DNA from: Leucoraja ocellata
Lineage: Eukaryota
Assembly: GCA_036785375.1 (NCBI GenBank)
Contig: JAWMAR010000023.1
Location: 7,316,001-7,380,000, forward strand
Length of the DNA: 64,000 bases
Direction of reading: 5' to 3'
Position numbers and translations under genes: made by a program. Shown piece by piece: positions 25,301-36,417 of the stretch. The notes beneath the pieces are model-generated. The model was not told where the DNA came from. It was given only the letters and a program-made list of their open reading frames with translations, and did no database searches. The number at the start of each line of letters is the position of its first letter. The first letter of the stretch is position 1.

Positions 25301-28300
25301 GAATAAAGAACTCCTGACAAACTGCTGTAATACCACCGTCCACTCTTACCTGCCATGAAAACTTGCCAAACGCAGGAACTGTACATCCTCATGTTGTAAA
25401 TGCTTGCGTTGTTTCCGCATATGTCTGTAAATTTTCGTCCCAAGTGGCTGCAGTGTGGCCGACATCCTCAGGTGAACAGAACAAGAATTGCTGACTGCAT
25501 TCGGAGCTTTGGCCATCAGCTGGCATTGGCCAGCGTTTGCTGCGTCTCTCCACTGTGCAAGACAAAGGGGATATAAGGATAATCACAATATAACCGCCTT
25601 CATAAAGTTTTTTGAAAAAAATAATATGCCCCAAAGACATTATTTCACAAGGGGAAGTCAAGAAAATAAATCTCACCTTTAAAACATTTTGTGGTTTCTG
25701 TACCTTTTTAAAAAATATGTTAGGCTACATTGCTAGTAAATGGGAATACTACATGCTCAGCATATACATAGTGGGCTGAAGGGCCTGTTTCTGCACTGTA
25801 TGATCTCAGGTGTAAGTTTTATTCCTTGTTTACAAGTTATCCTTGCCTTGAGTGGCAGGCAGAATGAAATCACCAAGGTTTCAACTGCTAAAAACAAGCA
25901 AATGACTGAATCGTCAGTAAAAACATGTGTATTTAAGTAATGTTTCCCAACCGTCAAAATATCCAGTAATGCTTGTAGATCATAGTTCTTCACTTTTTCT
26001 CACCATCAGACTTAACTATTCACATCAAAACTGCACCACTTTCTTCACGATCAACCACATTATCTCATAATGAAAGGTTCCGCTTTATATACAGAACTTA
26101 AGATACAATGCATTAACCTTCATAATGTACGTGTGACTAGCAAAGCATGGGGTGCTGGATGTTCACGTGGTTTTGGAATCCATCCACTTGTCTTTAGAAT
26201 TACCAGACTTTCTTTCATTACAATGAAGCTCATTCATATGATTTTGCAGAATGTATTTCTTACCGCTCAAATATATTCCAGCAAATTCCATTCTCTTCCT
26301 CAAATGTCAGCAATTTTGTAGGAAGCAAGTGTGCGTGTGTGAGCCGCAGAGGATGATCTATAAGATATTTGCGACAACAAAGACCTTTCTCTCAAAATGT
26401 AGAAATGAGGAACTGCAGCTTCCACCCATCCATGTTCTCCAGAGATGTTGCATGACCCGCTGAGATTCTCCCAACATTTTGTTGGAGTGGATACTCCGCC
26501 CACTCATGACTCCATGCTGTATTTTTTAATCATCCCTCTGACAGCTACAAATATCTATTTGTGTCCAGCCTTGCTCTCAACGTCAGCAAAACCTATGAAC
26601 TTCTTGTTGATTTTAAAAGAGGAAGGCCGAACATCCATAAACCAGTCTTCAACAACGTTTCGGTGATGGAGAGAATCAACAAGTTCCTGGGCATGTCTAT
26701 CTCTGAAGATCTGTCCTGGATCTAGCATATTGATGATATAATTTTAAAAAACCCATCAATGCCTCTACTTCCTTAGAAAATTGTGGACATTTGGTATGCC
26801 ACCAAATTATTGAACTTCCACATGTGTATGGTGGAGAGCATATTGACTGGTGGTATCACGGCCTGGCTCAGCAACTTAAACACCCAGGAACAAAGGAGAT
26901 TATAAAAAGTGAACACTGCCTGTTCCATCATTCCTCCCCACCATTGAAGGAATCTATAAAAGGTGCTGCCTCAAAAAGTCAGCCAACATCATCAATGGCT
27001 CACACCATCCTGGCTACAGACTTATTTCATTCCTGCCATTGGGAAGAAGGTATAGCAACTTTAACGTCCAGGTTCAGGAACAACTTCTTCCCAACAACCA
27101 TCAGGCAATTGAGCACTACGAACTTCAACTAAACTAAGAACTGCCTTGGTTTTACTGGGGACTTCGGGCTTTGTTTTTGTTTTGCACTGCATTGTTTTTT
27201 TTAATTTATTGATCTTCATTTTCTTGTTTGTTTATTGTATAATCTATTGAGTAATGTGTTTATAAACCTATTTTGCTGCTGCAAGGAAAAAAATAATTGT
27301 TCCTTTATTTGCATAAAAATAAAATGCTCTTGACTCTTGAATGGCAGAGTGTGAGTATAAATTAGAATCCCCATCCAAAAACTAGCATCTCACTCATCTA
27401 CACTTAGACATTTTATCAAAGGGAGAGGCGTGACCCACTAACAAAGATAATTAAAGTTAAGCTTACAATATTTGTGAGGGACTGCCCATGTTCCCACTTG
27501 CTAACTCTCCATGATTCTGATAACACTCACTTGGTTAAAGCAATGAGCCAAGACTTGTCTGTATTGCCTTCTCTCCAAAAATTCCTTCTGCATTTGGGTG
27601 AACTGTACTGCCCAGTACAATGCATGTAGTCCTTTCCTCAGCAACTGATGTTTCTGTAGTGATAAAGCTGAAGCATAATGCTGTTGCGTAGCATTGCGCC
27701 AAGCACAAAGGCACCGTGAAAGAAGCCTTTTGTGACATGGTTTTAAGTAGCTAAAAGATACAAATGTCAAAATCATTTACACACACACACATAGCTCCAT
27801 GCTCAAGGTGAATAATGTATCCCTGCTTTGCCACCAATATTCATTCAAACTTTTAAATGAAACTGAATCGCCTTTTCTTGCCTGCTGAAGCCAGTTTTCT
27901 TCCTCCTTCTGAAAGTGCGATCTCTCGGTGAAATTCAGGTTGGTATTGGTTTATTATTGTCACTTGTACAAGATACATTAAAAATACATTGTTTGCCGGC
28001 TATCCAATTGAATCATATTATCTATTAACACAATCAAGCCATACATAAGTACAAGACGTAGTGCGGTACGATACTGAGAACTATATTCTGCATTCTGTAT
28101 CTTTTCCTTTGTTCTATTCATTGCACTAGAGTTTGATGTTAGTGCAGAATATAATTTCACAGCAATACCAAGAGGTTCCCATATCTTTCTGAGGTCCTGA
28201 ACTAATTTCCACTCAACTGGACAATGGAAGATAAACTGAATCATTAAAGGTCAGATTTTTGCAAAACTGTACATCCAGCAGGCTAGTACATTATCAAGTT

Positions 28301-31300
28301 GGTGTACAACCAGTCAACATGTGACCTCAAAGTGTCAAGCATCTCTAAAGGCAGAAATAGTGTATTGGCCTGTGACTACTCCAGCATTTTGTGTCTATCT
28401 TTGGTGTAAACCAGTATTTGCAGTTCCTTCCTACACCATTCTTCAGAAACTGTTTCTAATGAATAAAAAGCGTTGACTGAAATGTTAATTTGTTTCGCTC
28501 TCCAGAGAAGCTGCCCAACCTCCTAGTATATTCAGCATTTTTTTGTCTTCCTTCAGGTTTCCAGCATCTCCAGTATTTTCCATTTGCAAAAACCTTAAAC
28601 TGCAGTCAATATTTGATGGTTTAATTGCAACAGTGCCTATTGTGAAAGGTGTTTAGTAGTTAATGATTTCTTTCCCCATTCCCTCTTTACACTATTTTTT
28701 GAACAACAAAATGCAATGCCTCCACTTTTGCATGCAATTCGGATTTACGAGTAAAAAATAGTAATTTGACATTCACAGTTTATTGTTAAACTGACTCTGT
28801 CGGGATTATATAGGTGTTTCTTAAAATTCCTCATGATTTTGATGAGTGTATAAAAAAAATATTTTCAAACTGTTTGCCACTTCTAAATTGATTTAAATGA
28901 TTTTTCAGAACATACATCATAAATCTTCTGCAATATTGAACCCCAAACAAATTTTAATCTAATTGTGAAGTCTGTCAGGTTTAACTGCAGTCAAATTTTT
29001 CTGATCTTTCCATTACACTCTCCTTAAGCACATAAATCTACCACATTGCGTGATTTATTCTACATCAGACTACTCCTAACCCGCTGAGCCCCATCTGTAC
29101 TCATCTCCATAGAAACGCAAAAGTACAAGAGACGTCCCACTGACCCTGTGTTGTTACAGCGGGAAGCAGACACAGACTAACAGCAGTTGCTGCAAATGCT
29201 TCACTTAAAAGAAACACTTAAGCAAGTCCAACTGAGATGGCAATGAGATGCTGACTAAATCATCTTTCAAATGGTTTTCAGTGTTCACACAAATGCTTCA
29301 TTTCCGTAGGTTGTGTGCAACATCTTTCAAAGCCATGAACTCAAAAGAGACATTTTGCTGTGTGTGATTTTGGTTTTGGTAATATAGAGCTGTTACTTGC
29401 CAACTGATATATATTTTTAAAGATACAGCATGGAAACAGGTCCTTTGGCCCACCAACTGATTCACACTCATTCTATGTTATCCCACTTTCTCATTCATTC
29501 CTCACACACTGTGGGCAATTTACAGAGGCTGATTAACCTACAAGCCCGCTGTCTTTTCGGATATGGGAGGAAACCAGAGAGCCCGGAGGAAACACACACA
29601 GTCACATGGAAAACCTGCAAATTCCACACAGACAGCACCCAAGGTCAGGATTGAACCCATTCTCTAACACTGTGAGGCAGCTCTACCAGCTGCGTAACTG
29701 TGCTGGCCGTGTGAATCTGTGTTCATCCACTTTTATTACTGGAAACAGGTTCTCCACATTTATTCTATCAAAATCTTTCATGCGTTTGAAAACTTCTATT
29801 AATTCTCTTCTTAAGCTTTCATGGAACAACTTATGTTTCTTCACTTTAGTGAAATCATTCATCCCTGATATAATTCTTACAAATTTCAAGTGTAGGACCC
29901 CAACACTTAATTTAATATATTGCACGGAGAACTGGACATGATATTCCAGCTGCTACATAATGGTTCAGTATTGTAAGAGTGTCAGGAGATAAGTAAAACA
30001 AATTGGGTCTGAAAGAAAATTGTGTTATATTACACCCTTGTAACTACTTATTAGTACCAAATGCTGAATATAAATATAATATATCACCACATTAGTACTA
30101 TTCCAATCCCTCATGCATTGCATGAAATTAAGACATGATAATTAAACTTGAAGAGAAAGTTTCCATTATCTTTAAAGCACAAATTTGCCATCTGTGACTC
30201 ATTCGGAAATTTCTAAATGTTGCCACAGGATCTTACATTAATTAGATCTTTGCAATCTCCATTTTGACAACATAAAATCTTTTTTTAAATGCATTGGCAG
30301 CTCAGCAGGTAATGCTGCTGCCTCACACCTCTAGAGACCCAGGTTCAATACTGACCTCGGAGGCTGTATGTGTGGAAAGGAACAAAGGAGGATGCAGCCT
30401 GGGGGGACCGCCATGAGGGAGGAGGACGGGGGAGGGGAGGGGGGAGAGAACAAAGGGGCACCTGGCACGGAGGTACTTTGTAACTTTGTAAGTGCCCTCT
30501 ATGTGGCGACTATTTGCTTACCTTGGGGATGCATGCAAAGAATTTCACTGTGACTTGTCTCTGAAATTCTAAAGGCATGCCTGTAATTTATTTGGTTGCT
30601 GCAAAATTGATCCTTCGTGTAATTTAATGTCAATAGAATTAAAGACTTGATGGGATGGACCTTTTTTCAGACTGTTCCAGTCTGCTGAGTTACTCCAGCA
30701 CTTTGTGTCTTTTCAGTTTAAAGTTAGGCGCCAATGCAGCTGGTCTGCATCAGTGGGCCCTTATTCACTGGCTACCGCATGGTCCCGTTTACATGGCTGT
30801 TGTTGCAGCTCACGTTGTAGCCTCTGGAGACATCACTTTCTTCAGGCCACCGCCACCAACAGGACACGCTCAGTCACCATGGGGCTCCCTCCCCTCTCAC
30901 CAGCTGCTGCTTCTCCATGTCAGCCATCACTTTGTCTGCTCCCCGCTCCACCGCCACCTCCTCCTCCTCCTCCTTCTACCCCACAGTCGCCGACATCTGA
31001 GGAGGTGGTGGTGATGGGAGGAGAGGCCGACTGGACAAAGTGACAGCTAACAGGAAGAAGTGACAGCTGTTGAGAGGGGAGGGAGCGCCACAGTGACTGA
31101 GTGCGTCCTGTTAGTGGCAGAGGCCCGAAGAAAGTGCTGCCCCAGAGGCTATAACGCGAGCCGCAACAGCAACGGCATCAACCCGACGATGCAGCAGCTG
31201 CTGAAGAACGGCTCTCTGGGAGAGGCGCTGACAGAATCAGTAGGCCCGTCGCTATAACCGAAATCCATTAAAAAGGCGGTCCGTTAAAATGAGGGTTTAT

Positions 31301-34300
31301 TGTACTGCAAACTTTAATTACACCCAAGATTAAAAGCCTTCAGCAAAACTAAACACCATTGCACTTTTTCTTCACTGAATCCAGAATGAGGTATCAGAGC
31401 AGTGATGTTTGGTCAAGGGAAAGGGGCATTGGAGCCTGATCATGGATGGTTAGAGTGATGTAGAGTCAGAACCCTGCTATAGATGAGAAGTAGAAAATTA
31501 CAGCCTGGTGATGCATGGTCGACAGGTAGGAAAACAATACATGTATGTGTTCAATGGTGTAGAATAGGACTCATCAGAACCTAGTGTGTGGATGACTTTG
31601 GGGTGGGAATTACCTGATCAGTTTGGATGTTGTGAAAAGGAGGAAATGGCGCAAAGAATGAAATGTACTTGAGGGAGTTAATCAATAGACATTCCAGTCC
31701 ATCATTCCAATGGGAAGACCAATTGTTCAACATGGTCCGAGCGAACCTAAAAAAAGTTGCATGAGAGATGACGTAATCTGCACACTTCAACAGAGAAATT
31801 GGATTGGAACAGATGGTGAACCTCCTCTGCATCCTCTTAAATGCCTTTACATCCTGGTAGTATCTGGTCATGTTCCTGGAATGATGCTAAATTACCCAGA
31901 AATGATCATGATGATATTTCACACCAAAAAAAGAAATCAAATGTCAATTGCATAATAGTAAAAAAAAAATAGCACTATTATATAACTATGTTTCTTGACA
32001 AATCAGTGACATGGATCTAAAAGAAATGGAGCACAGAACTGTGGAAAGGTATTAGTTAAACCTGACTTAAATACAGTAATTAACAAAGACAGTTCCTGTG
32101 CTCTTATTGTTAATTTAGCTGCACACAGATCTGTAATAATCCTTTACCATTAACTAAAAATGTTGATGAGAATTAAACAATCAGCAAATGTGTTCCAAAA
32201 AGTGTCAGTCTTGAATTAAGTGTTTGTTCTGCACGCTGCCAGATTTCTCCTGATATTAGTCGGTGGAATTCACATTTTAAATGTTAATTGTGAGTGCCAC
32301 GCTTCACCAATTTTTGTACTAAGAAATATTTCCAAACTTTGCTGCTGAATAATTAATGCTCTAGCTTAAAGGTTATCTCAATTATCTTACACACCTGCAT
32401 TAGCAGCAAATGTGTCTATCATATCAGTTCCTTTCAAAGTATTCCTTAAAGTTCTATATTCTACAGAATGCATAAGATGTATATAATCTATTTTTTCCTA
32501 ACTGTTCCTTTGTTGTATGGTTTCTAGACTGTTGGTGCAAATAAAACTGAAATTCTGTTTCCAAACCCTCTATTGTCTTGACTGTTTTGGTGGGGACTGA
32601 AAACTGCCTGTACTTGTATCAAGCAGTCTTAAATATCTTTCACTTATTCCCCACACAATGCTTTACCTTTTCACGGGTATCTTTGTCCTATCATCCAAAG
32701 AAAATCCTCGATATTTAGTTCTCTGTCAAAAACAAAACCCAAGTCAATAGGCATTCCAGTCCATCGTTCCAACGGGAATATAGCCAAAGTTCAACAACTT
32801 AAGACAAAATCACATTTATGCATATTACATCATGATCGCAGATTTGCATCGATTTTGCAGCAGGCATATTTTATCAGTTATGCGGGGTTAGATGGGCGAC
32901 AAGTTCACTCCCTATCTACATGTTTTACAAAATCTTTGTGTACGTTTTTATCATCCCAAGGTGAAATATTTTGTGCAAAACATAGACTCAAATTCAAGTG
33001 CATTGTGGAGATGAATTTATGTTTATGGACTGGTAGAGTTTTCACAAATTAAAAACTGAAGTGGCCGCTCCCATTATATATTTTTGAATCTAATTTTACA
33101 AAGTCAATTGTCATACATGCAAGGAATTCCAGCAAAGTATTAATGTTAATACACATTAACATTACCAAGCCCACTGTATTTATTCAACAATCAAGGATCC
33201 TACCACCCATCCACACTACAACCTAAATTTCACCCAATGACATAGAAAAAAATGAGGACTGAAGAGTGTTTTATTGTCATATGTCCCAGATAAGACAATG
33301 AAATTCTTACTTGCTGCAGCACAACAGAACAAGTAAACTTAGTACAGAACGGGATTAAAAAAAACGTTCAGTGTGTATACATACACATTCAACATACTCA
33401 ATAAATAAACAAATATAGTGCAATAATTCAGTGCAAATAAACAAATATAGTGTAGAATTCATGAGATGAATCTATAATTCATCTCATGAATTCTAATTAA
33501 CTCTAAATTGCATGGTCTTAAAAGTCATTTAAATATCTGGGCAGGATTTAGGGGGGGAGGCCCTGTTTGCCTTGTTCTGCAAACTTACTCTACTTAGAAA
33601 GAATTGTGCAGTTATTCAGTGCTGTCACAATGTATGGGCCTAAACACTGACAAAACACTCCCAATTCAGATTGTACATCCTGTTTAAGTCAGTAAAGATA
33701 GAGAATTGTGTTAATCCTGAACACTAAAGATTACAATGAATACTACAGACTTTTTTTAAAAAGTACACAGTTAGTTTACTAAAAATGGAACCAGGATTGC
33801 ATGTTGTAGAAAATAGGATTTCTCTTGGAACAGAACGGTTAATGAGAGATTTAATCATAGTATTGAAAATGACAAAGCATAAGGAGTAAATAAGAAGAAA
33901 TTGTTTCCAGTGGCAGAATAATCTGTAAATAGACCACATTTCAGGGGACTGACAATTGAATAATAGGTCGGGCAGTGCGAGAATTTTCTATTAAATTCAG
34001 TCACTATGAAAATCAGGAATGCACTATCTGAATGGGAAGTTAAAGCAGATTCAGCTTCTGCTTTATGGAATAACCTTCAAAATTCAGTTGGATAAATACA
34101 TGAAGGAGAAACATTTGCAGCAGGGTAAAGGACCAGTGTAAATTGGGCCGAAGGATCTGTTTCCACACTGTATACTCTTTGACTCTATGTAACTCTTTCA
34201 GGAAGTCAACACAAAAACTACAGGCTGAATAAACCTTATCTGAACTGCAATATTTATGATTCTGAAGTTGAAGTCTAATTCGCAGTGTTCCTCCAAACTT

Positions 34301-36417
34301 CACAATGTGTGCTGTCTGACTTAATGATCAAGCACATTCATCTATGATGCAATGGATTAGACTTAATAAGTCTCTCCACATCCATAACTTTTTTTTCTGA
34401 CATGACAAATGTCGAACGGCACAGCGCACACAATAAATCAAACAGCATAACCAATAAACAGAAAGATTCTCCCATTTGAAGCAACTAAATGAGAAGTCAC
34501 CATAACCCAAGCTCAGAAACTCTCATCAAAATCAAGAGCTCTCATCAAATCACATCACCTCATACTTTCAGTCAAGAGATAATTGATTTGGGAAGTCATA
34601 TTTTTGTTGTACAATTATTATCATCTTACCTGTAACATCTGGCTGTCCATCGATGGGAATGTTTGCAGGAGCTGCTTTGTTGTGACATTACATTTTAAAG
34701 ATACCATTAGGATTGGTTCATGTTCCCAGCTGAAAGAAGTTGTATTATCTGCCACTGTCATGTTAAAGTTTTCTCCATCGTTATTTCCCTCTCCTCGCCA
34801 AGGAGTGGAATTCTCTGAATAATCTGAATTTGGATTCATTTCCACTGCTCCGTTTTCATCCGCTATTGTCTCCAGATCAAGTATTTCTTCCCCCTGTACC
34901 TTGCTGTAGAAATTTCCCCAAGTTGAATTGTTCTCACACGGTGCCAGGGAGAGATCTCCATAAACTGGGCTTTGGCCAGACTCCTGTTTCCGCAAATCAT
35001 TCTTAGTTCTGTGGTGTTTGTTGTAAATATTACTAATGATGCCAGGATAACGGGGTTTAACTCGATCTTTCAGGCTGGAGTTCATAGACTTTTCTGATAA
35101 CATTTTCTCATTTTCCACATCATTTGAAAACATGTCTTCAGTACCTGATTTTTTTCCTTCATCTGGCATTCTCCGATTAGTCTCCATTTCAATCACAGAG
35201 TCAGACAAGTCTATTGACTTTGTTGGAATATAACATAAAATACCTGCACATGTTTGACGCAAAGCACAAGGGTGATGCAAGTCTTTTATGTCCTTTTGGG
35301 AAAATGTTAGTGTGCCAGTCATTTCCTGGATCTTCCTATCAGAGGCGATAACATGGGAGGTTTTGTGACAGTCACCTACAGAAACCTCTGATTCAGAAAT
35401 TATCATACCACTGGCAGCAATCTCATGTCTGCCATAAATGCATGTTAGCCCAGGAGGGCACAACCAACTCTTGGTATTTGAACAAAGTTCAGGCACATGC
35501 AACACAGGATGTGAACATTTATCATTCAGAAGACAATCGTTATATAAAACCGAACAATCGCAGTCCGGTGTCTTTGATATATCTTGGCTTTTTGTTTTAT
35601 TTGGATACATTTTTACTGAAGATTCCTCTCTTTCATTACCAAGAGGAAAATGTAAATAGTCTAAAGGGTAGTGGGCCAAATTAGTGTGTGCAGCTTTGCT
35701 TGAAATGTGTCTTGCATTATAGTCACTATCACTGAGCCTGATCATTGAGCGATGCAGACTTGCAGATGTTCGGGATGATTTTAAAACAGAGCGTTGTGCA
35801 TTGGGTTGCCCATTTATCAATGATTGGCTGACGTTATTTGGAGAATCAAAACTCATTGAATCATAATGATTCTCAAAGATGTGTGAGAGATTTGTGCCAC
35901 AAACATCTTGACTACTTAACCTTGTTGGAGGCAAATTCTCATCCCCGTGAAAGTATTTCTTCTGCTTCCTGTGGGTTTCTTTCTTAATCTCAGCAGATCC
36001 CTTACTCCGATTAATGTTTATATTTCTCTCAGAATCCTGTGAATATGATCCCCACTCTGTTGGTAAAACCTTGGATTCTACGAGCGACATAGAGTCTGTA
36101 TTGCCTCTGTCCCTCATGGAGTTTCCAAGGTTAGGCTTCTGTCTGAAGAGTTCTACATTGGATTGCTGTCCACAGTGTGAAACTGTTGCTGGTAGTGGAA
36201 ACACCACTGGCTGCCCATAGCTCTGAGAAGCGCAGGTCAAGTTGGTTTGTACCAATCGCTGGTTGCGTATGTCCTTGTTGAAGGCCATAGTTTTTGCATT
36301 GTGCCTTGTATTGCTCTCGAACCAGGCTTGCGTTGTATTCTGTCTGAAATTGCCAGAACAAACCAAGCTTGGATGTGGGCCATAATATAATCCATCATTC
36401 TCTGTACAAATTTTCAT
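7360..36417 (-). CDS. C1orf167: C1orf167-like uncharacterised protein with Sfi1-like Trp repeats, about 1523 aa; complement(join(7360..7413,8535..8645,9585..9720,10305..10447,11323..11524,13420..13564,14147..14264,16884..17136,17618..17762,18506..18714,19711..19886,20185..20329,20552..20744,22495..22685,23974..24057,25350..25552,27531..27750,32667..32722,34630..36417))
   Basis: Nineteen GT-AG-bounded exons whose phases chain into one 4572-nt open frame. It lies between AGTRAP and MTHFR, convergent with MTHFR, as human C1orf167 does. It has recurrent LLxxxFxxW motifs. The N-terminal motifs RLVQTNL and [13 protein letters not shown] resemble human C1orf167 as I recall it. Confidence 0.82.
8535..8645 (-). 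CDS. C1orf167: C1orf167-like exon ([17 protein letters not shown]...ILLLD)
   Basis: ctcccccacag acceptor, gtaggt donor; phase 0->0. Confidence 0.85.
9585..9720 (-). CDS. C1orf167: C1orf167-like exon ([10 protein letters not shown]...IWEQWRSF...RGL)
   Basis: cccccacag acceptor, gtgagc donor; phase 2->0. Confidence 0.85.
9765..10050 (+). mobile_element. tRNA-derived V-domain SINE (HE1-like)
   Basis: tRNA-like head plus the V-domain gtgtggagtttgcacgttctc...cccacatcccaaag. Confidence 0.75.
10305..10447 (-). CDS. C1orf167: C1orf167-like exon (LQAIRYRV...FVSRWILF...HHRNQL)
   Basis: ctttcacag acceptor, gtgatt donor; phase 0->2. Confidence 0.8.
10713..10736. repeat. Poly-C tract (other poly-G/G-rich runs at about 8341-8372, 57340-57390 and 63627-63646)
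   Basis: Directly visible. Confidence 0.9.
11323..11524 (-). CDS. C1orf167: C1orf167-like exon (CFLTWEG...FVTWRS...LISWYME)
   Basis: aaccctag acceptor, GAG|gttggt donor; phase 2->0. Confidence 0.82.
11770..12390 (-). mobile_element. L1/Tx1-type LINE 3' fragment
   Basis: The - strand CEFAKRAW peptide is a zinc-knuckle-region remnant; AATAAA-like terminus at about 11785. Confidence 0.55.
12565..13150 (+). mobile_element. CpG-rich non-autonomous repeat with internal tandem subrepeats
   Basis: About 23-24-nt units (gggagcttcaatctccccgac) repeated about 4 times at 12885-12985; LINE-like 3' tail. Confidence 0.55.
13327..13390. repeat. Compound (GT)n(AT)n microsatellite
   Basis: Directly visible, about 30 nt from the 13420 donor. 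Confidence 0.95.
13420..13564 (-). CDS. C1orf167: C1orf167-like exon ([10 protein letters not shown]...SQQTLLR)
   Basis: cttctccag acceptor, AG|gtatga donor; phase 1->2. Confidence 0.85.
14147..14264 (-). CDS. C1orf167: C1orf167-like exon (LFNSWKEAV...[10 protein letters not shown])
   Basis: ttgtttgcag acceptor, G|gtgaga donor; phase 0->1. Confidence 0.85.
15100..15750 (+). mobile_element. CR1-type LINE RT fragment
   Basis: Degenerate VDFSxAFDKV and [13 protein letters not shown] coding sequence, ADDT remnant. Confidence 0.7.
16884..17136 (-). CDS. C1orf167: C1orf167-like exon (YIRVWHSA...FSKWRY...IQCWRQR...VLTQI)
   Basis: ttggcacag acceptor, gtaggt donor; phase 2->0. Confidence 0.82.
17618..17762 (-). 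CDS. C1orf167: C1orf167-like exon (RKQVQGLQ...LILRTWTQK...LVQS)
   Basis: ctcttccag acceptor, AG|gtctga donor; phase 1->2. Confidence 0.8.
18203..18485 (+). mobile_element. tRNA-derived V-domain SINE
   Basis: A/B-box-like head (ggtgcagctggtag...ggttcaatccc), V-domain and shared 3' tail. Confidence 0.75.
18506..18714 (-). CDS. C1orf167: C1orf167-like exon ([10 protein letters not shown]...[10 protein letters not shown])
   Basis: ctcctgcag acceptor, gtgagt donor; phase 2->1. Confidence 0.85.
19050..19450 (-). mobile_element. Degraded Penelope-like 3' fragment
   Basis: Same layout as 63545-63968 (EN remnant, linker, pLTR arm). Confidence 0.55.
19711..19886 (-). CDS. C1orf167: C1orf167-like exon (SIFQSD...[10 protein letters not shown]...QSLLT)
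   Basis: catttgtag acceptor, gtacgt donor; phase 0->2. Confidence 0.8.
20185..20329 (-). CDS. C1orf167: C1orf167-like exon ([14 protein letters not shown]...CSTPEQ)
   Basis: tttttacag acceptor, CAG|gtagat donor; phase 2->0. Confidence 0.7.
20552..20744 (-). CDS. C1orf167: C1orf167-like exon (LSCQSNEKD...[15 protein letters not shown])
   Basis: ttccctgcttag acceptor, gtacga donor (chosen because it fits the phase of the next exon); phase 1->2. Confidence 0.65.
21102..21329. mobile_element. Palindromic Penelope-derived element with 15-bp flanking direct repeat
   Basis: Two inverted family arms; ATGTTGAAAAGACAG at 21087-21101 and 21330-21344. Confidence 0.75.
21842..22048. mobile_element. Palindromic Penelope-derived element with 13-bp flanking direct repeat
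   Basis: Inverted arms; CATAATCTAAAAT at 21829-21841 and 22049-22061. Confidence 0.75.
22495..22685 (-). CDS. C1orf167: C1orf167-like exon (DCFEAQTW...CLLHWHTLL...QQTA)
   Basis: ttttcctag acceptor, CAG|gtttga donor; phase 2->1. Confidence 0.65.
22980..23068 (-). mobile_element. Single-arm Penelope-derived element with 19-bp flanking direct repeat
   Basis: GACAATGTTCAAAGAAGGT at 22961-22979 and 23069-23087; - strand core CTGAAGA-A-GGGT(ttca)GCCC-GAAAC. Confidence 0.75.
23974..24057 (-). CDS. C1orf167: C1orf167-like exon ([27 protein letters not shown])
   Basis: ctttttccag acceptor, AG|gtgaga donor; symmetric phase 2->2, so skippable. Confidence 0.65.
25350..25552 (-). CDS. C1orf167: C1orf167-like exon (WRDAANAG...RLASFHG)
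   Basis: ttgcacag acceptor, AG|gtaaga donor; phase 0->2. Confidence 0.8.
26570..27340 (+). mobile_element. Rex1/Babar-type LINE 3' fragment
   Basis: Homologous to 41120-42200; [14 protein letters not shown] remnant; ttgactcttga tail. Confidence 0.7.
27531..27750 (-). CDS. C1orf167: C1orf167-like exon ([20 protein letters not shown]...HCFNQ)
   Basis: cttttag acceptor, gtgagt donor; phase 2->0. Confidence 0.85.
29421..29705 (-). mobile_element. tRNA-derived V-domain SINE
   Basis: Reverse complement of the same family. Confidence 0.75.
30720..31303. mobile_element. Tc1/mariner (pogo/Tigger-like) element remnant
   Basis: The right end read on - is TA-CAATAAACCCTCATTTTAACGGACC, a pogo-type TIR. 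GC-rich interior; no matching left TIR found. Confidence 0.45.
32667..32722 (-). CDS. C1orf167: C1orf167-like exon ([18 protein letters not shown])
   Basis: tttttgacag acceptor, AG|gtaaag donor; phase 0->2, exactly bridging its neighbours. Confidence 0.7.
33453..33495. repeat. Perfect 19-bp inverted repeat with a 5-nt loop
   Basis: TAGAATTCATGAGATGAAT-ctata-ATTCATCTCATGAATTCTA. Confidence 0.95.
34630..36417 (-). CDS. C1orf167: C1orf167-like large first coding exon (596 codons, Ser/Asn-rich, probably disordered)
   Basis: 598-aa ORF truncated by a CAG|gtaaga donor; ttttctag acceptor at 36447-36448, with the frame open up to it. Confidence 0.85.

Noticed and set aside
26264-26357. Exon-like segment with an AG acceptor and gtaaga donor inside the C1orf167-like gene
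   Set aside because: Its only open frame is phase 1->2, while the flanking exons join directly in phase 0.
30655-31257. Several 65-119 aa GC-rich ORFs, including a poly-Pro stretch
   Set aside because: They fall inside a transposon remnant with low-complexity sequence; no splice chain or recognisable protein.
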